A stretch of 64,000 bases of DNA from positions 67,146,001-67,210,000 of the forward strand of contig OX597818.1 in the NCBI GenBank assembly GCA_951406725.2, in the 5' to 3' direction. Each line of letters starts with the position of its first letter. The stretch's first letter is position 1. The notes beneath the pieces were generated by a model. The model worked only from the letters and a program-made list of their open reading frames with translations. It was not told where the DNA came from and made no database searches. Made by a program: the position numbers and the translations under genes. This DNA is from Octopus vulgaris (lineage: Eukaryota). Below, in pieces: positions 23,852 through 35,650 of the stretch.

Positions 23852-24163
23852 TCACCGTGATCACCGTGACTGACCAGACTATCAGATGTTGCTACACGTC
23901 GCTGATCATAATGCGCTTCGCATTGTTTTAGCCTTAAGATGACGCCACCACGCTGGCTAAGCGAGCAGGCCAACAGAAGAAAGAGTGAGAGAAAGTTGTG
24001 GCGAAAGAACACAACAGAGATCGCCACCACCACCCCGCCGGAGCCTTGTGAAGCTTTAGGTGTTTTCGCTCAATAAACACTCACAAGACTCGGTCTGGGA
24101 ATCGAAACCGCGATCCTACAACAGCGAGTCCGCTGCCCTAATCATTGGGCCATTGCGCCTCCA
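23852..24163 (-). mobile_element. tRNA-derived SINE, family C
   Basis: Reverse complement begins GTGGAGGCGCAATGGCCCAATGATTAGGGCAGCGG...GGTTTCGATTCCC (A and B boxes); tail of repeated TCACGGTGA. Confidence 0.8.
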
Positions 24164-24444
24164 CATCTCTCTATCTCTCTCTCTCACTCTCTCTGTATAT
24201 ATATATATATATATATAATTAATCAATATAGGGTGGCAAAAAAAATTTTGTAGAATTCTTTTGCCACCAGCGGCCTAGTAGGAAAAAATTAAAATAGTCA
24301 TAGACCATTTTTAAGTTCAACATCAACAATAAAGGAACGGCCATAATAGGCCATTCACCCACTAGAAATAACAGCCAAAGCTTCAACCGCAAATAAAAGT
24401 TAATTCAGTAAACCAGGAGAAAATTTAAAAAACATTTACCCTGT

Positions 24445-24551
24445 AATTTCTTATACGATATACCGTTTCATCTGCTGATTAATGGTAAACTAACCTGATT
24501 AAATTAAATCAAGCCAATCTTCCACAGGCCCTCAGATTCTTCAGTAAGAAA
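24445..24551 (-). ncRNA. Type I hammerhead ribozyme motif (unit 1)
   Basis: Reverse complement of the motif at 26083-26189. Confidence 0.78.
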
Positions 24552-24937
24552 TAGCCCAAGACGGAACAGATATTTTCACGAGGCATTTCCGACGTTGCCA
24601 AGTTTATATCTGACCTAAAATTTTCAAATCGTCGCACTCGCGCCAAATTTATCGGCAGCAAATAAATATAAGCCGTCGATTCCATTACGGAATTAACCAG
24701 AAGATTCATAATTAATCAATATAGGGTGGCAAAAAAAATTTTGTAGAATTCTTTTGCCACCAGCGGCCTAGTAGGAAAAAATTAAAATAGTCATAGACCA
24801 TTTTTAAGTTCAACATCAACAATAAAGGAACGGCCATAATAGGCCATTCACCCACTAGAAATAACAGCCAAAGCTTCAACCGCAAATAAAAGTTAATTCA
24901 GTAAACCAGGAGAAAATTTAAAAAACATTTACCCTGT

Positions 24938-25044
24938 AATTTCTTATACGATATACCGTTTCATCTGCTGATTAATGGTAAACTAACCTGATTAAATTAA
25001 ATCAAGCCAATCTTCCACAGGCCCTCAGATTCTTCAGTAAGAAA
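24938..25044 (-). ncRNA. Type I hammerhead ribozyme motif (unit 2)
   Basis: Same sequence as the unit 1 motif. Confidence 0.78.
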
Positions 25045-25430
25045 TAGCCCAAGACGGAACAGATATTTTCACGAGGCATTTCCGACGTTGCCAAGTTTAT
25101 ATCTGACCTAAAATTTTCAAATCGTCGCACTCGCGCCAAATTTATCGGCAGCAAATAAATATAAGCCGTCGATTCCATTACGGAATTAACCAGAAGATTC
25201 ATAATTAATCAATATAGGGTGGCAAAAAAATTTTGTAGAATTCTTTTGCCACCAGCGGCCTAGTAGGAAAAAATTAAAATAGTCATAGACCATTTTTAAG
25301 TTCAACATCAACAATAAAGGAACGGCCATAATAGGCCATTCACCCACTAGAAATAACAGCCAAAGCTTCAACCGCAAATAAAAGTTAATTCAGTAAACCA
25401 GGAGAAAATTTAAAAAACATTTACCCTGTA

Positions 25431-25537
25431 ATCTCTTATACGATATACCGTTTCATCTGCTGATTAATGGTAAACTAACCTGATTAAATGAAATCAAGCC
25501 AATCTTCCACAGGCCCTCAGATTCTTCAGTAAGAAAT
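25431..25537 (-). ncRNA. Type I hammerhead ribozyme motif (unit 3)
   Basis: Same motif with one stem I substitution (atctctta) and one loop variant. Confidence 0.72.
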
Positions 25538-25589
25538 AGCCCAAGACGGAACAGATATTTTCGTGAAAATATCTGTTCCGTCTTGGGCT

Positions 25590-25696
25590 ATTTCTTACTG
25601 AAGAATCTGAGGGCCTGTGGAAGATTGGCTTGATTTCATTTAATCAGGTTAGTTTACCATTAATCAGCAGATGAAACGGTATATCGTATAAGAAAT
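25590..25696 (+). ncRNA. Type I hammerhead ribozyme motif (inverted arm)
   Basis: atttctta-CTGAAGA-atctg[58 nt]cagat-GAAA-cggtatatcg-TA-taagaaat: 8-bp stem I, stem II, quasi-palindromic stem III and a GUA cleavage triplet at 25686-25688. Confidence 0.8.
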
Positions 25697-26082
25697 TACA
25701 GGGTAAATGTTTTTTAAATTTTCTCCTGGTTTACTGAATTAACTTTTATTTGCGTTTGAAGCTTTGGCTGTTATTTCTAGTGGGTGAATGGCCTATTATG
25801 GCCGTTCCTTTATTGTTGATGTTGAACTTAAAAATGGTCTATGACTATTTTAATTTTTTCCTACTAGGCCGCTGGTGGCAAAATAATTCTACAAAATTTT
25901 TTTTGCCACCCTATATTGATTAATTATGAATCTTCTGGTTAATTCCGTAATGGAATCGACGGCTTATATTTATTTGCTGCCGATAAATTTGGCGCGAGTG
26001 CGACGATTTGAAAATTTTAGGTCAGATATAAACTTGGCAACGTCGGAAATGCCTCGTGAAAATATCTGTTCCGTCTTGGGCT

Positions 26083-26189
26083 ATTTCTTACTGAAGAATC
26101 TGAGGGCCTGTGGAAGATTGGCTTGATTTAATTTAATCAGGTTAGTTTACCATTAATCAGCAGATGAAACGGTATATCGTATAAGAAAT
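26083..26189 (+). ncRNA. Type I hammerhead ribozyme motif (second inverted copy)
   Basis: Same motif exactly 493 bp downstream. Confidence 0.8.
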
Positions 26190-27457
26190 TACAGGGTAAA
26201 TGTTTTTTAAATTTTCTCCTGGTTTACTGAATTAACTTTTATTTGCGGTTGAAGCTTTGGCTGTTATTTCTAGTGGGTGAATGGCCTATTATGGCCGCTC
26301 CTTTATTGTTGATATATATATATATATATATATGCATATATTACCTTGCCTGTATTCTCCTGACACGCGTTAGAGTATACCTATATTTCTATAAATGCTT
26401 GCTATAAATGTTTTCCAGACTGGAAGATCGTATAGCCTTTTCCTATTTTGAAGATGGGAGGTACATTATAAGTTGTATTGCTTGGGACAACTATTATCAT
26501 TCGGAATTTCGTTATTTAGTTAATATTAGTAGGCAAAATCGGCTGCAGCGGAATCATAATAATGTTTCCATTATTATGGCACAAGGCCAGCACTTTTAGT
26601 TAACTCAACTATTACCTATTGTATCAAGATAGAAAAATATTAAAAGCAGGACGGAAACCATTGGCATTTGATCTCACGGCGTAATGTCAGAAGTACAGGA
26701 AAGGATGTCGTTTGCCATGCTAACCACTCTATAAGCACGCCGCATTTTTATTTGTAATTTGGGTGGAGAGGATATTCCAAATTGATATATTGAAGCACAT
26801 TAAAGCAAAAACCATCATTTTACAACGAATTATTTCTTATTCTCGGTTGTTATTTTAGGGTGATTAATATATTTTATAACAAATCCTTTTGTGATATTTT
26901 ATATCCAACATAAAACACTTCGTTAGTTCTCTTATATTTTAAGTTGCTTTAGGATCAAAATATAATTGGAAATAAAATTGTGCAGGAATGTTTATTTTGC
27001 AACACCAACAATATATTGAATATTGTCCTTTACCATTATTGTAAATACCATGCCGTAGATAGATTCATTAAACTTTCAGTATTTCGATGTTGAATTATCT
27101 ATGGATTCCGCTTAATTATTTCTTACATATTCTTTGCAACAATCAAATATGTGAACAAGTAGACGGTAGATATATCCGTTCTAATTTGCAGTTAAACACT
27201 CATCAAATCTCAGCACAAGCACTTCACACCTGGGTGATGTGTCAGATAGTGTAGCACTATGTTTCCTTAAACGCAATTTGGGCTTTAAACATACACATTA
27301 TTTCAATTGAACTCATTTACATGCAAATATGTACCTGCATGGTGATCAGGATATGAACAATGATAAATTCAAAACAAACTTTTAAAAGGATTACATGGTT
27401 ACATATGTGTTTTGATATTCCTCACAGTATCCAAAGAAATGTACATGAAACTTCGTA

Positions 27458-27681
27458 AGGAGGCAAGCTGGCAGAAACGTTAGAACGCCGGGAGCAGTAT
27501 TTCGTCTGCCGTTACATTCTGAGTTCAACTTGCGCCGAGGTCGACTTTGCCTTTCATCATTTCGGGGTCGATTAAATGAATACCAGTTACGCACTGGGGT
27601 CGACGTAATCGACTTAATCCCTTTGTCTGTCCTTGTGTGTCCCCTCTGTGTTCAGCCCCATGTGGGTAGTAAAGAAATAGG
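27458..27681 (+). mobile_element. SINE family A
   Basis: Head, core and tail match the other copies. Confidence 0.85.
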
Positions 27682-30600
27682 TACCTGAAACTTAGCATAG
27701 TTCGTTTATTTATTTTTTTATCAAACCACGTTCATAAAATTTAAAATGGTGATTCTTATTTTCAAATACGGATTGAACCTCTGTTACTTGATTTGAATTA
27801 TAAGTAGCTTACATAACTTAAATAACTCTGCATACATGTAGAAGAGAATTACACTGTGAGAAATTATATATTGTTCATGCGCAATTGTATCTTCTCTAAG
27901 CACTTATGGATGATGTTGCTTCTACACAAAACAGTTGATTTTGTTGTTGTTCCTGCTATCAAAGTCGGTTATTTTCTATTTCCTATTGTTGCTCTTAACG
28001 CAGTTGTTATGCAAACATGATTCAATACATTCACGGGGAGCATGCATTTACGCACTGGTTGAAATCTATGTCCGTAACTACTGAACGATGACATGGAAAT
28101 GGAATCAGATTTGTCAGGCTGAGATAAGCGAAGCTGTTATATACGTTGCTTGGGAGGCTAATACAATGTAAGTGTAAAATTACATAACCGATGCAATAAT
28201 GCCATTAAGCCGCTGTTTACAGCCATTTTGCTGCATTTAACAGCATGACACGAAATAACATCATTTTTGCTGCTGTTGCATGCATTGATTTGTAGGAAAA
28301 GGTATTTCAAGAGTGTTAAATACGTTATGTTTTGTAATCTTTCAAGAGCCTTAGCCGTGCGTTTAAGAGTATCACTCCATAATCAGATGATCTTTCTTTC
28401 CATTACCGTAGGGGAAGTATTAGCCTGGATCACATCTAGCACACCATTAAACGATCCAGACTCTATGAGAGTACAATGAAGTTACTGGAAGTTGTTGCAT
28501 GTATGTGGAATGGAGAGTGCATTCTTTTGAATTGCTAGTATAGAAAACAGGAATTTCAACCGCGTTTCGTGTTCTGCTACCACAACAACTCCTTTATAGG
28601 ATCCAGTTAGCTCACGACGTCATCAGGAGTAACCACGTCCAGTTTCGGCCCCTACTCCTCTACCGCTTGGACGTGGCGGAGCCCCCCTTTCGGAGGTGTC
28701 TTCAGCTCTGGTGTTGGGTGCATGTCCTCTTTCTTCTTTCTTCTGTTCCCTGTCCTCTTCGATGTAGCGTCAACGAGTGTCAGCGGGCGACTGACTTATC
28801 AAATGTTCCCCTTCAAATACCTGCTGCTAGGCTCCAGCAGGCAGCCTCAGCAAGTTGTCACGTGACACTGTCTCAAATATAACTGACCAATGAAGGCGCG
28901 TAGTCTTAGCCACTATATTGTTCCTGCAAGCATTCATTATTTCAAAGCTTCCGACCTTGTCGCTCACCAACGTTATTTACATTTTGCGACATCTTCTTTT
29001 GTATATCTGGAGAACATGCGCAAAGATCAGTGTGCAGCGCCCTACAAGTATATTGAGTCATGATCAACAGTTTTCATTTTGCCGCTGAGTCATAGAAATC
29101 GATTACATCCCGTCATTATACTCTAGAAGGGAAATGGGGAAATATAATCCGTACAAAAATGAGATTTCTTAATGATGTCTACTTATAAATTAGTTTGAAT
29201 AGAGAGGTGCTCTCTAGCCATACCAACAAGATTACACATTAAAAAAAAACAAATATTAATACTAAGAATTGGATTCATACATAGATGTAGAATAGATTTT
29301 GCTGTCAGGTTTGAGAAAATTGCTGATATATTTCATTTAGTGTCTCAAAGACTGCCTGACTTAACAAATACATTCTTTTATGGAAATCGTAATTAAATTC
29401 TAGTAAGGAATATTTATTAGATAATTTTTTTCTCGTTTTAATTTACTAAATAAAATATGATGATAAATTATCATTTATTTATTTAGCTCTTCTTTACTAC
29501 TTTACGCCATAAAAATATTTTTTTCTTCCATTATTTATTACCGTGCTTTATGAATCAACATATTTTGTATAAAGTTTCTTTGATATTTTAAAGCTTCAGT
29601 TTACTGCTCACCTTCTGTCACTAATTATATGTATTTATATGTATATGAAGAAAGGAAATATTGTAACAATAAAAATCTGAAGATAAGATAACCTAGTAAT
29701 TTCATCAGAGTAGCCACGACTTGCTTACTTCTTTTAATGAGGATTAGCAGAGGATCTTAACCAACACCATCTAAGAGATTATATGCTCTCTTTCCTGACA
29801 TAAATCAGAAACTTCTGTATTTTGTGTTGGCTGCGAGAGAAAAAAATCTATTTCAAAAAGTAGTAAATCACTGCAAGCAACCTTTGCTTCTCATTAAATT
29901 GTCTTTTATTGGTGATGCAGAACTTGCCAAAGTGAGAATATTGTATACCGAAGTGAAAATATTTCATAGAAAGTAACAAATCCTACTAAATTACAATATG
30001 AATAAGATATCCATACAATTTCATCTTTTGATGTCATATTGCTAACCTACTTATGCATATAGTTAACAGCTAATGGTCATTTTATTATCAGGCAGAGAGA
30101 AATGGCACTAGTCTAGCTTAACTCAATATATTCTAATATTGAATGAAAATTCTTTACTGTTTCTCGTAGAATACCTTTAAATTGGATGTTTATTGGTAAG
30201 GGGGAAGAGGAAATTGATATACAAATGCTGTTATTAGTTTATCCGTCAATCTAATGACATCTTCCCATGCGAAGGCATATATGTACATTAGTACGACATA
30301 CTCTGAGCTTTATATTAAATTAATGATAAATACATATATAATATGCATGCGGGTTTGTGTGCATTGATTGCTGGTCTCTCTGTCAATATATTTACATCGA
30401 GTTATATCTCTGTCTTTAAAATATAAAATTTAATTAGTTATCAACAGTTAAAAATTCCGAAAATAGATAGAAGTTTCTTAGTTCAAATTTTTATAAATAT
30501 TTTGATAAAGCAGTGATTGACATCGATGTACAATACAGAAAGAGATTCAAATACAATTTGATGAACGTTTCTTGGTTAAGTGAGCCATATTAACCAGTCC

Positions 30601-31363
30601 TCCTTTGCAAGTATTTATGCGTCCTGTTTCTATTGCTGCATCAGTTTACATGTATATTTAGACATATAATTGATTAGTTGTGGGTTTGGTATATGTGAGT
30701 CCATATATATTTGCATTAATTTCCTTTCAGCAATTTTATATTTCTAAATTATTACATCAAATATGTTCAGTGTACTGCAAATGTTCTATTTACTAAGTGT
30801 ACCCTTCTTATGCTCCTAATATATTCCTCGTATCTTTGATACTAGCAGATGTTTTGAATTCGCTTTCAGTTGTCAATGCAGTTGTAATCCATTAGAATAA
30901 GTTTGAGGTAATCATTTGGCCTTTGATAGCAGCACAATATTGATGTAAGCGTGCATAAGCATGATTTAATATTTCTCACTGATGTTATAATACTCGCATG
31001 TTTAGTATTTGTGTAAATGTTCATCCTGTATGCCTCGCCGAATTGAATAAACACAGTACACATAAATGATTATCTTTTCTTCCTAAAACTCACACCTACG
31101 CTCGAAATTGCTATTATTCTCGTACTTTGATTTCCATTTCTGAAGAAGCTTTACAAATATGAAGTGTTATTTGAGGAAAAAAGTAAACCAGAATCTGTAG
31201 ACAGCCACACAAAATGTATTATGTAATTTAGCTAACCACCTTCAATTTATCAGTCCGGGTTCAATAACATATCCTCATGTAAGATACTAGAGATGAACGT
31301 ATCGATTACGTGTTCACCTTATTAGCATACCGTAGGTTGCTGAAATAACATCTAATTGTATTC

Positions 31364-31412
<49 letters not shown>

Positions 31413-31820
31413 ATAAGTGTAGGTCGTATACGAGTGGGTATATATTTATAAAAAAGAAGTTTGAAAACGCCATTTTTAATTTTCTTAGAAATTTTACATG
31501 TTTTGGTTCATCTTGAAAAAACGAACTTCATCAAAAATATTAAAAAAAGTTAAGTGTAATAAAAAAGTTCATTATTATTTCTTACTGGTCTCAGCAGAAT
31601 CCACGTGGTGGTTTTTGTGGGGAGTGAGCATAATAGCTGTCTTATGTGTTCGAATAAAACTAAGGTAATGGTCAGTGGCTGAAACGGCCGTAGCAGCAAT
31701 GACTGTTGGTTGGGGTTCCAGCAGCTCATTGGTTGTAGCAGTCGTAGCAGCAGCTTAGCTGTGGCAGTAGCAGCAGCAGCAGTGTATGTAAGCATATATA
31801 TATATATATATATATATATA

Positions 31821-32048
31821 TTTCGTTTTGGGATTTGATTTGCAAGATTCTTTATATGAGTTCGTGTTTTGAAGCATATTCTGTTGCATCTGGGGAGAGT
31901 CATTTTCTTTTTTGTGCCTTATAATATAACAAACTCACCGGTAAAATTTCCACTTAAAAATAAAAATAAGAAATAAGTGGAAATTTTACCGGTGAGAGTG
32001 TTACATTATAAGGCACAAAAAGAAAATGACTCTCCCCAGACACAACAG
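31821..32048. repeat. Foldback insert in (TA)n with about 75-bp inverted arms
   Basis: 31881-31956 (tctggggagagtcattttc...ccggtaaaatttccactta) mirrors 31974-32048; TA runs on both sides. Confidence 0.88.
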
Positions 32049-32080
<32 letters not shown>

Positions 32081-32328
32081 GTCAAAAATTGTGAAGCATG
32101 ACTGTCACCACTACTACATGAACCCGAAGATTGCAGAATTCAATGCATGAAAGTACTAGTTCAATCAGAATGAATATTTAACATTCTACTATTTCATTTT
32201 ATTTTATTCAATTATAATATATTATCTTATAATATATCATTATAAGATTGTAAATAAAACGTGAAAATCAGACAAGGTTTGGAATTCTTTTTATTAATAT
32301 ATTCTTCTATACACAATCACACACACCC

Positions 32329-32359
<31 letters not shown>

Positions 32360-33164
32360 TATTGTTTTAAGGAACCCTACACAATATAAATAAGAATGCA
32401 AATAGCCAATGTCATTCTCAAATATAATCGGTCGAAAATCAAGATTCGTAAAAAGGACAAACAGAATATATTATTTTGTAAAAGTATAACTGAAAAGAGG
32501 TTATAAGCACAACTTCCATTTTTGTAACCGGGTCCTTTTGCAATATTTGAAATAAATAGACAGTTTAAGAACAAACACAAATTGAAGCGTTGCTGGCATT
32601 TTAAAGTAGATAGTACACTCCAATAACTTTCTGCATGAATCTACTATTTTTGAGTGAAGGCAACCTATGCGTGGAGTCCATAACGGAATGATCCTTTCAA
32701 CACCATGTTCAAAAGAAGTAATTCCAATATTCATATAAATGCCTATGGATTTTTATTTAAGACAACCCTTTTCTTCATCGAACATGTCGATGTGTTCGTA
32801 TATACTTTATGAATTGTTAACTCCAATAACTGTTACTGATATATGCTGCTGTTGAAAGACACAAAGGTGATATAATTACAAATGCGATGGCTGCCCAACC
32901 GACAATCAAAGACTTCGAGTGACCATATGAAAATACGGAAAAGTTCGTGGTTTTGAACTACCTGAAATTAGGATACGTAGGTGTGTTCTTAATTAAACGC
33001 GTAATAGCATGAAACGTTACCCCTTATGGATGACCGTCTACTAATTGGAGGTAGATTTCCACTAGAAAAAGAAATGTCTATTTCTATATTCCTATCGTCT
33101 GTATAATAGTATAAATGACAAATTTAATTACATAATTATGAGTCACAAATACATTCATATCCTT

Positions 33165-33369
33165 TTCTACTCTATACACAAGGCCCGAAATTTTTTTTTG
33201 GGGGGAGGCCAGTCGATTTGATTGACTCCAGTGCGCAACTAGTACTCAGTTTATCGAGACCAAAAGGCAAAGTCAACTTCGGTGGAATTTGAACTCAGAA
33301 CGTCAAGACAACCAAAATGCTGCTAAGCATTTCTCCCGGCATGCTAACGCTTCTGCCAGCTCGGCGCCT
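33165..33369 (-). mobile_element. SINE family A variant
   Basis: Conserved head and core on the minus strand. Confidence 0.8.
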
Positions 33370-33751
33370 CGTAACTAGATTCGTACTGAAGCGCTTAATA
33401 AACACATTCAGTCTTACATTGTAGAAAGATAATAGGTATGTATTCATTAGTAAAAGAAGACTGTCTTGGTATTGAATCCAAAGGTATGTTGACTAAGTTC
33501 AGATGTAAATAGATTCCGAAATTTCCACCACGATCTTTTTTAGATTAATTCGTGAAAGTTTCCAACCAATTAAATAATATGTTAATATGGATGACCAGCG
33601 ACTCTTAATCTTACATTTTCGTCATTGTTTTATAATCTACTTTTTTCACATATTACGTCATTGCATCTGCAATCTCTAAATACAATTCCGTGTATCAACT
33701 CTTTCCTTCTTACCGTCATCATTCTTGTATATTCTTAGCTTGTCCCCTTTC

Positions 33752-33771
33752 TATGTATGTATGTATGTAAG

Positions 33772-33808
<37 letters not shown>

Positions 33809-33829
33809 GTCAATCTGTCTGTATGTGTG

Positions 33830-33860
<31 letters not shown>

Positions 33861-33881
33861 GTCAATCTGTCTGTATGTGTG

Positions 33882-33929
<48 letters not shown>

Positions 33930-33970
33930 CCTATATATATATATATACACAAACACACACAGACATATAG
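33752..33970. repeat. (TATC)n compound microsatellite
   Basis: Directly visible. Confidence 0.95.
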
Positions 33971-34656
33971 ATATAAAGATCGAAACTGAATTTAAAACCT
34001 ATATTCCTTCCTTACTTCACACGGAATTCTTGAATGTACCCCGCATCCTTCACGGTCAAGTCTACATCTCATAATTTTATTGCAATCAACATTTTCACTC
34101 TTCACCCCCGACAACATCCATTCCAATTTATTTTTCTGAATAGTAAACTTTCCAGATAACTAATAAAAGAAAATTACTGGAAATAATATTAAAGAAATGA
34201 GTTTATTTGGGGTAACTAAAGAAATTAGAGGCCTTGGATGACAGCTCAAGTGTTTGTTTTCGTTCAATAGTTGTATGCTCTATCTTTGGGCAACGTGCAA
34301 AACACTTCCAGCCACAATCTAATCTTGTAATATTCGAAATAAATCAATCAATGACTTGCTAGTATAGCACTGAATGCACTGTTTAATTCAGTTTAATTGC
34401 TGAATGGTTCATTACCTTACAGTGAAACTAATTATATTACACACTGGTTAAATAAACAGAGTTAGAATCAAATATTGGAAATTTCTCCTTGCCTTTTCAT
34501 AATTACTCTACGACTACAGGGTTAAATGGAAGAAACTTTGATAAAGTCAGCTTGGTCTGGTATATTGTGTATTCGTGTTTCGTTCTCTGTCCATTACACA
34601 TTTCTGTCTTTAGTTATAAAAAGCTACGATTGACGCGGATAATTTTCAACAAATCT

Positions 34657-34862
34657 TTTCTACTCTAGGAGCAAAGCACAACATTTTATGGGGAGCGGGC
34701 TAGTTGATATGATCGACACCAGTACGCAACTGGTACTTACTTTAACGACCCAGAAAGTATAAAAAGCAAACTCTACCTCGGCTGAATTTGAACTCAGAAC
34801 AAAAAGACAGACGCCCGTTTCGTTTCGCCCAGCTTGCTAACGTTTCCGCCAAGTCGCCGCCT
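34657..34862 (-). mobile_element. SINE family A variant
   Basis: Conserved head and core. Confidence 0.75.
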
Positions 34863-35221
34863 TATTTTCAACAAATAATGATTATATGAAGTATAAACCA
34901 TAGTCAGGGTTTTCTAATATAGTCAACAGAATGGATATTACCGGTTAGAATTTGGTCATTAAATCTATCTATCTGTCAGTATGTCTGTCTAACTATTTAA
35001 GTATCTATCTGTCTGTGTATTTCTTTATTTATCTACTCTCTGTGTGAGTGTTTCTCAGAAGCCCCTGTGTAAGTCAACCCTCCTCATCAGTTCAAACACC
35101 GGCAACATACAAAATAACATCGCATCTACACAAGTCTTCGAGGAGATCACACATGGAAGAATAGCCTTTTGCACGGGTAAATTGGACTGAGCAGCGCAAG
35201 AGCAACGTTCTATATTTACGA

Positions 35222-35433
35222 GATGAAGAATTATGTACATTATCTATATTCGACGGATATTTGTTCTCATCTTGTTAAGCACTACGCCATTTGGCCGTGG
35301 GCATATGGCGTAGTGTTTAAGAGTGCGGGCTACTAACCCAAAGATTCCGAGTTCGATTCCAAGAAGTGACCTGAATAACAATAACAACAACAACAGCAAC
35401 AGCAGCAATAACAACAGCAACAACAACAACAAC

Positions 35434-35487
<54 letters not shown>

Positions 35488-35650
35488 CGCAAAATGGAAA
35501 AATAACTTAGGAATGAGAACCCAAGTTCGAAATTTCCCCAAGACACCTGAAGAAGGCTGGAAGGTATATCAACAGAAACGTGTTAACAACACACAAGATG
35601 AGGAGAAATATCCGTCAATTGTAAACAATGTAAACAATGTAAATAATGTA
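35222..35650 (+). mobile_element. Composite SINE: inverted tail copy, tRNA-like head, (AAC/AAT)n, hammerhead-like tail
   Basis: Head GGGCATATGGCGTAGTG...GAGTTCGATTCC (about 35299-35360); tail acacCTGAAGAaggctg...GAAACGTGTT. The 5' ACGGATATTTGTTCTCATCTTG mirrors the 3' CAAGATGAGGAGAAATATCCGT. Confidence 0.75.

Larger units (their letters stand above)
24215..26313. mobile_element. Retrozyme/Penelope pseudo-LTR-like array: 493-bp unit in about 2.7 tandem copies, then about 1.5 inverted copies
   Basis: Units 24215-24707, 24708-25200 and 25201-25562; foldback at 25563-25564; inverted arm 25565-26313. Copies are near identical, (TA)n lies on both flanks, and there is one hammerhead motif per unit. 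Confidence 0.85.

Noticed and set aside
24215-25562. CRISPR-like or satellite interpretation of the tandem array
   Set aside because: Units are whole duplicates without unique spacers, the context is eukaryotic, and the HHR explains the unit.
24509-26126. Identical 66-aa ORF MNLLVNSV... in three copies
   Set aside because: A by-product of the 493-bp repeat; it has no recognisable motif and overlaps the ribozyme.
28560-28910. GC-richer patch with TGTCACGTGACA palindrome and CCAAT; possible promoter or LTR piece
   Set aside because: No partner LTR, TSD or downstream gene is visible, and short motifs alone are insufficient.
35040-35110. Minus-strand CTGATGA...GAAAC hammerhead-like motif
   Set aside because: Stems I and II do not pair convincingly.
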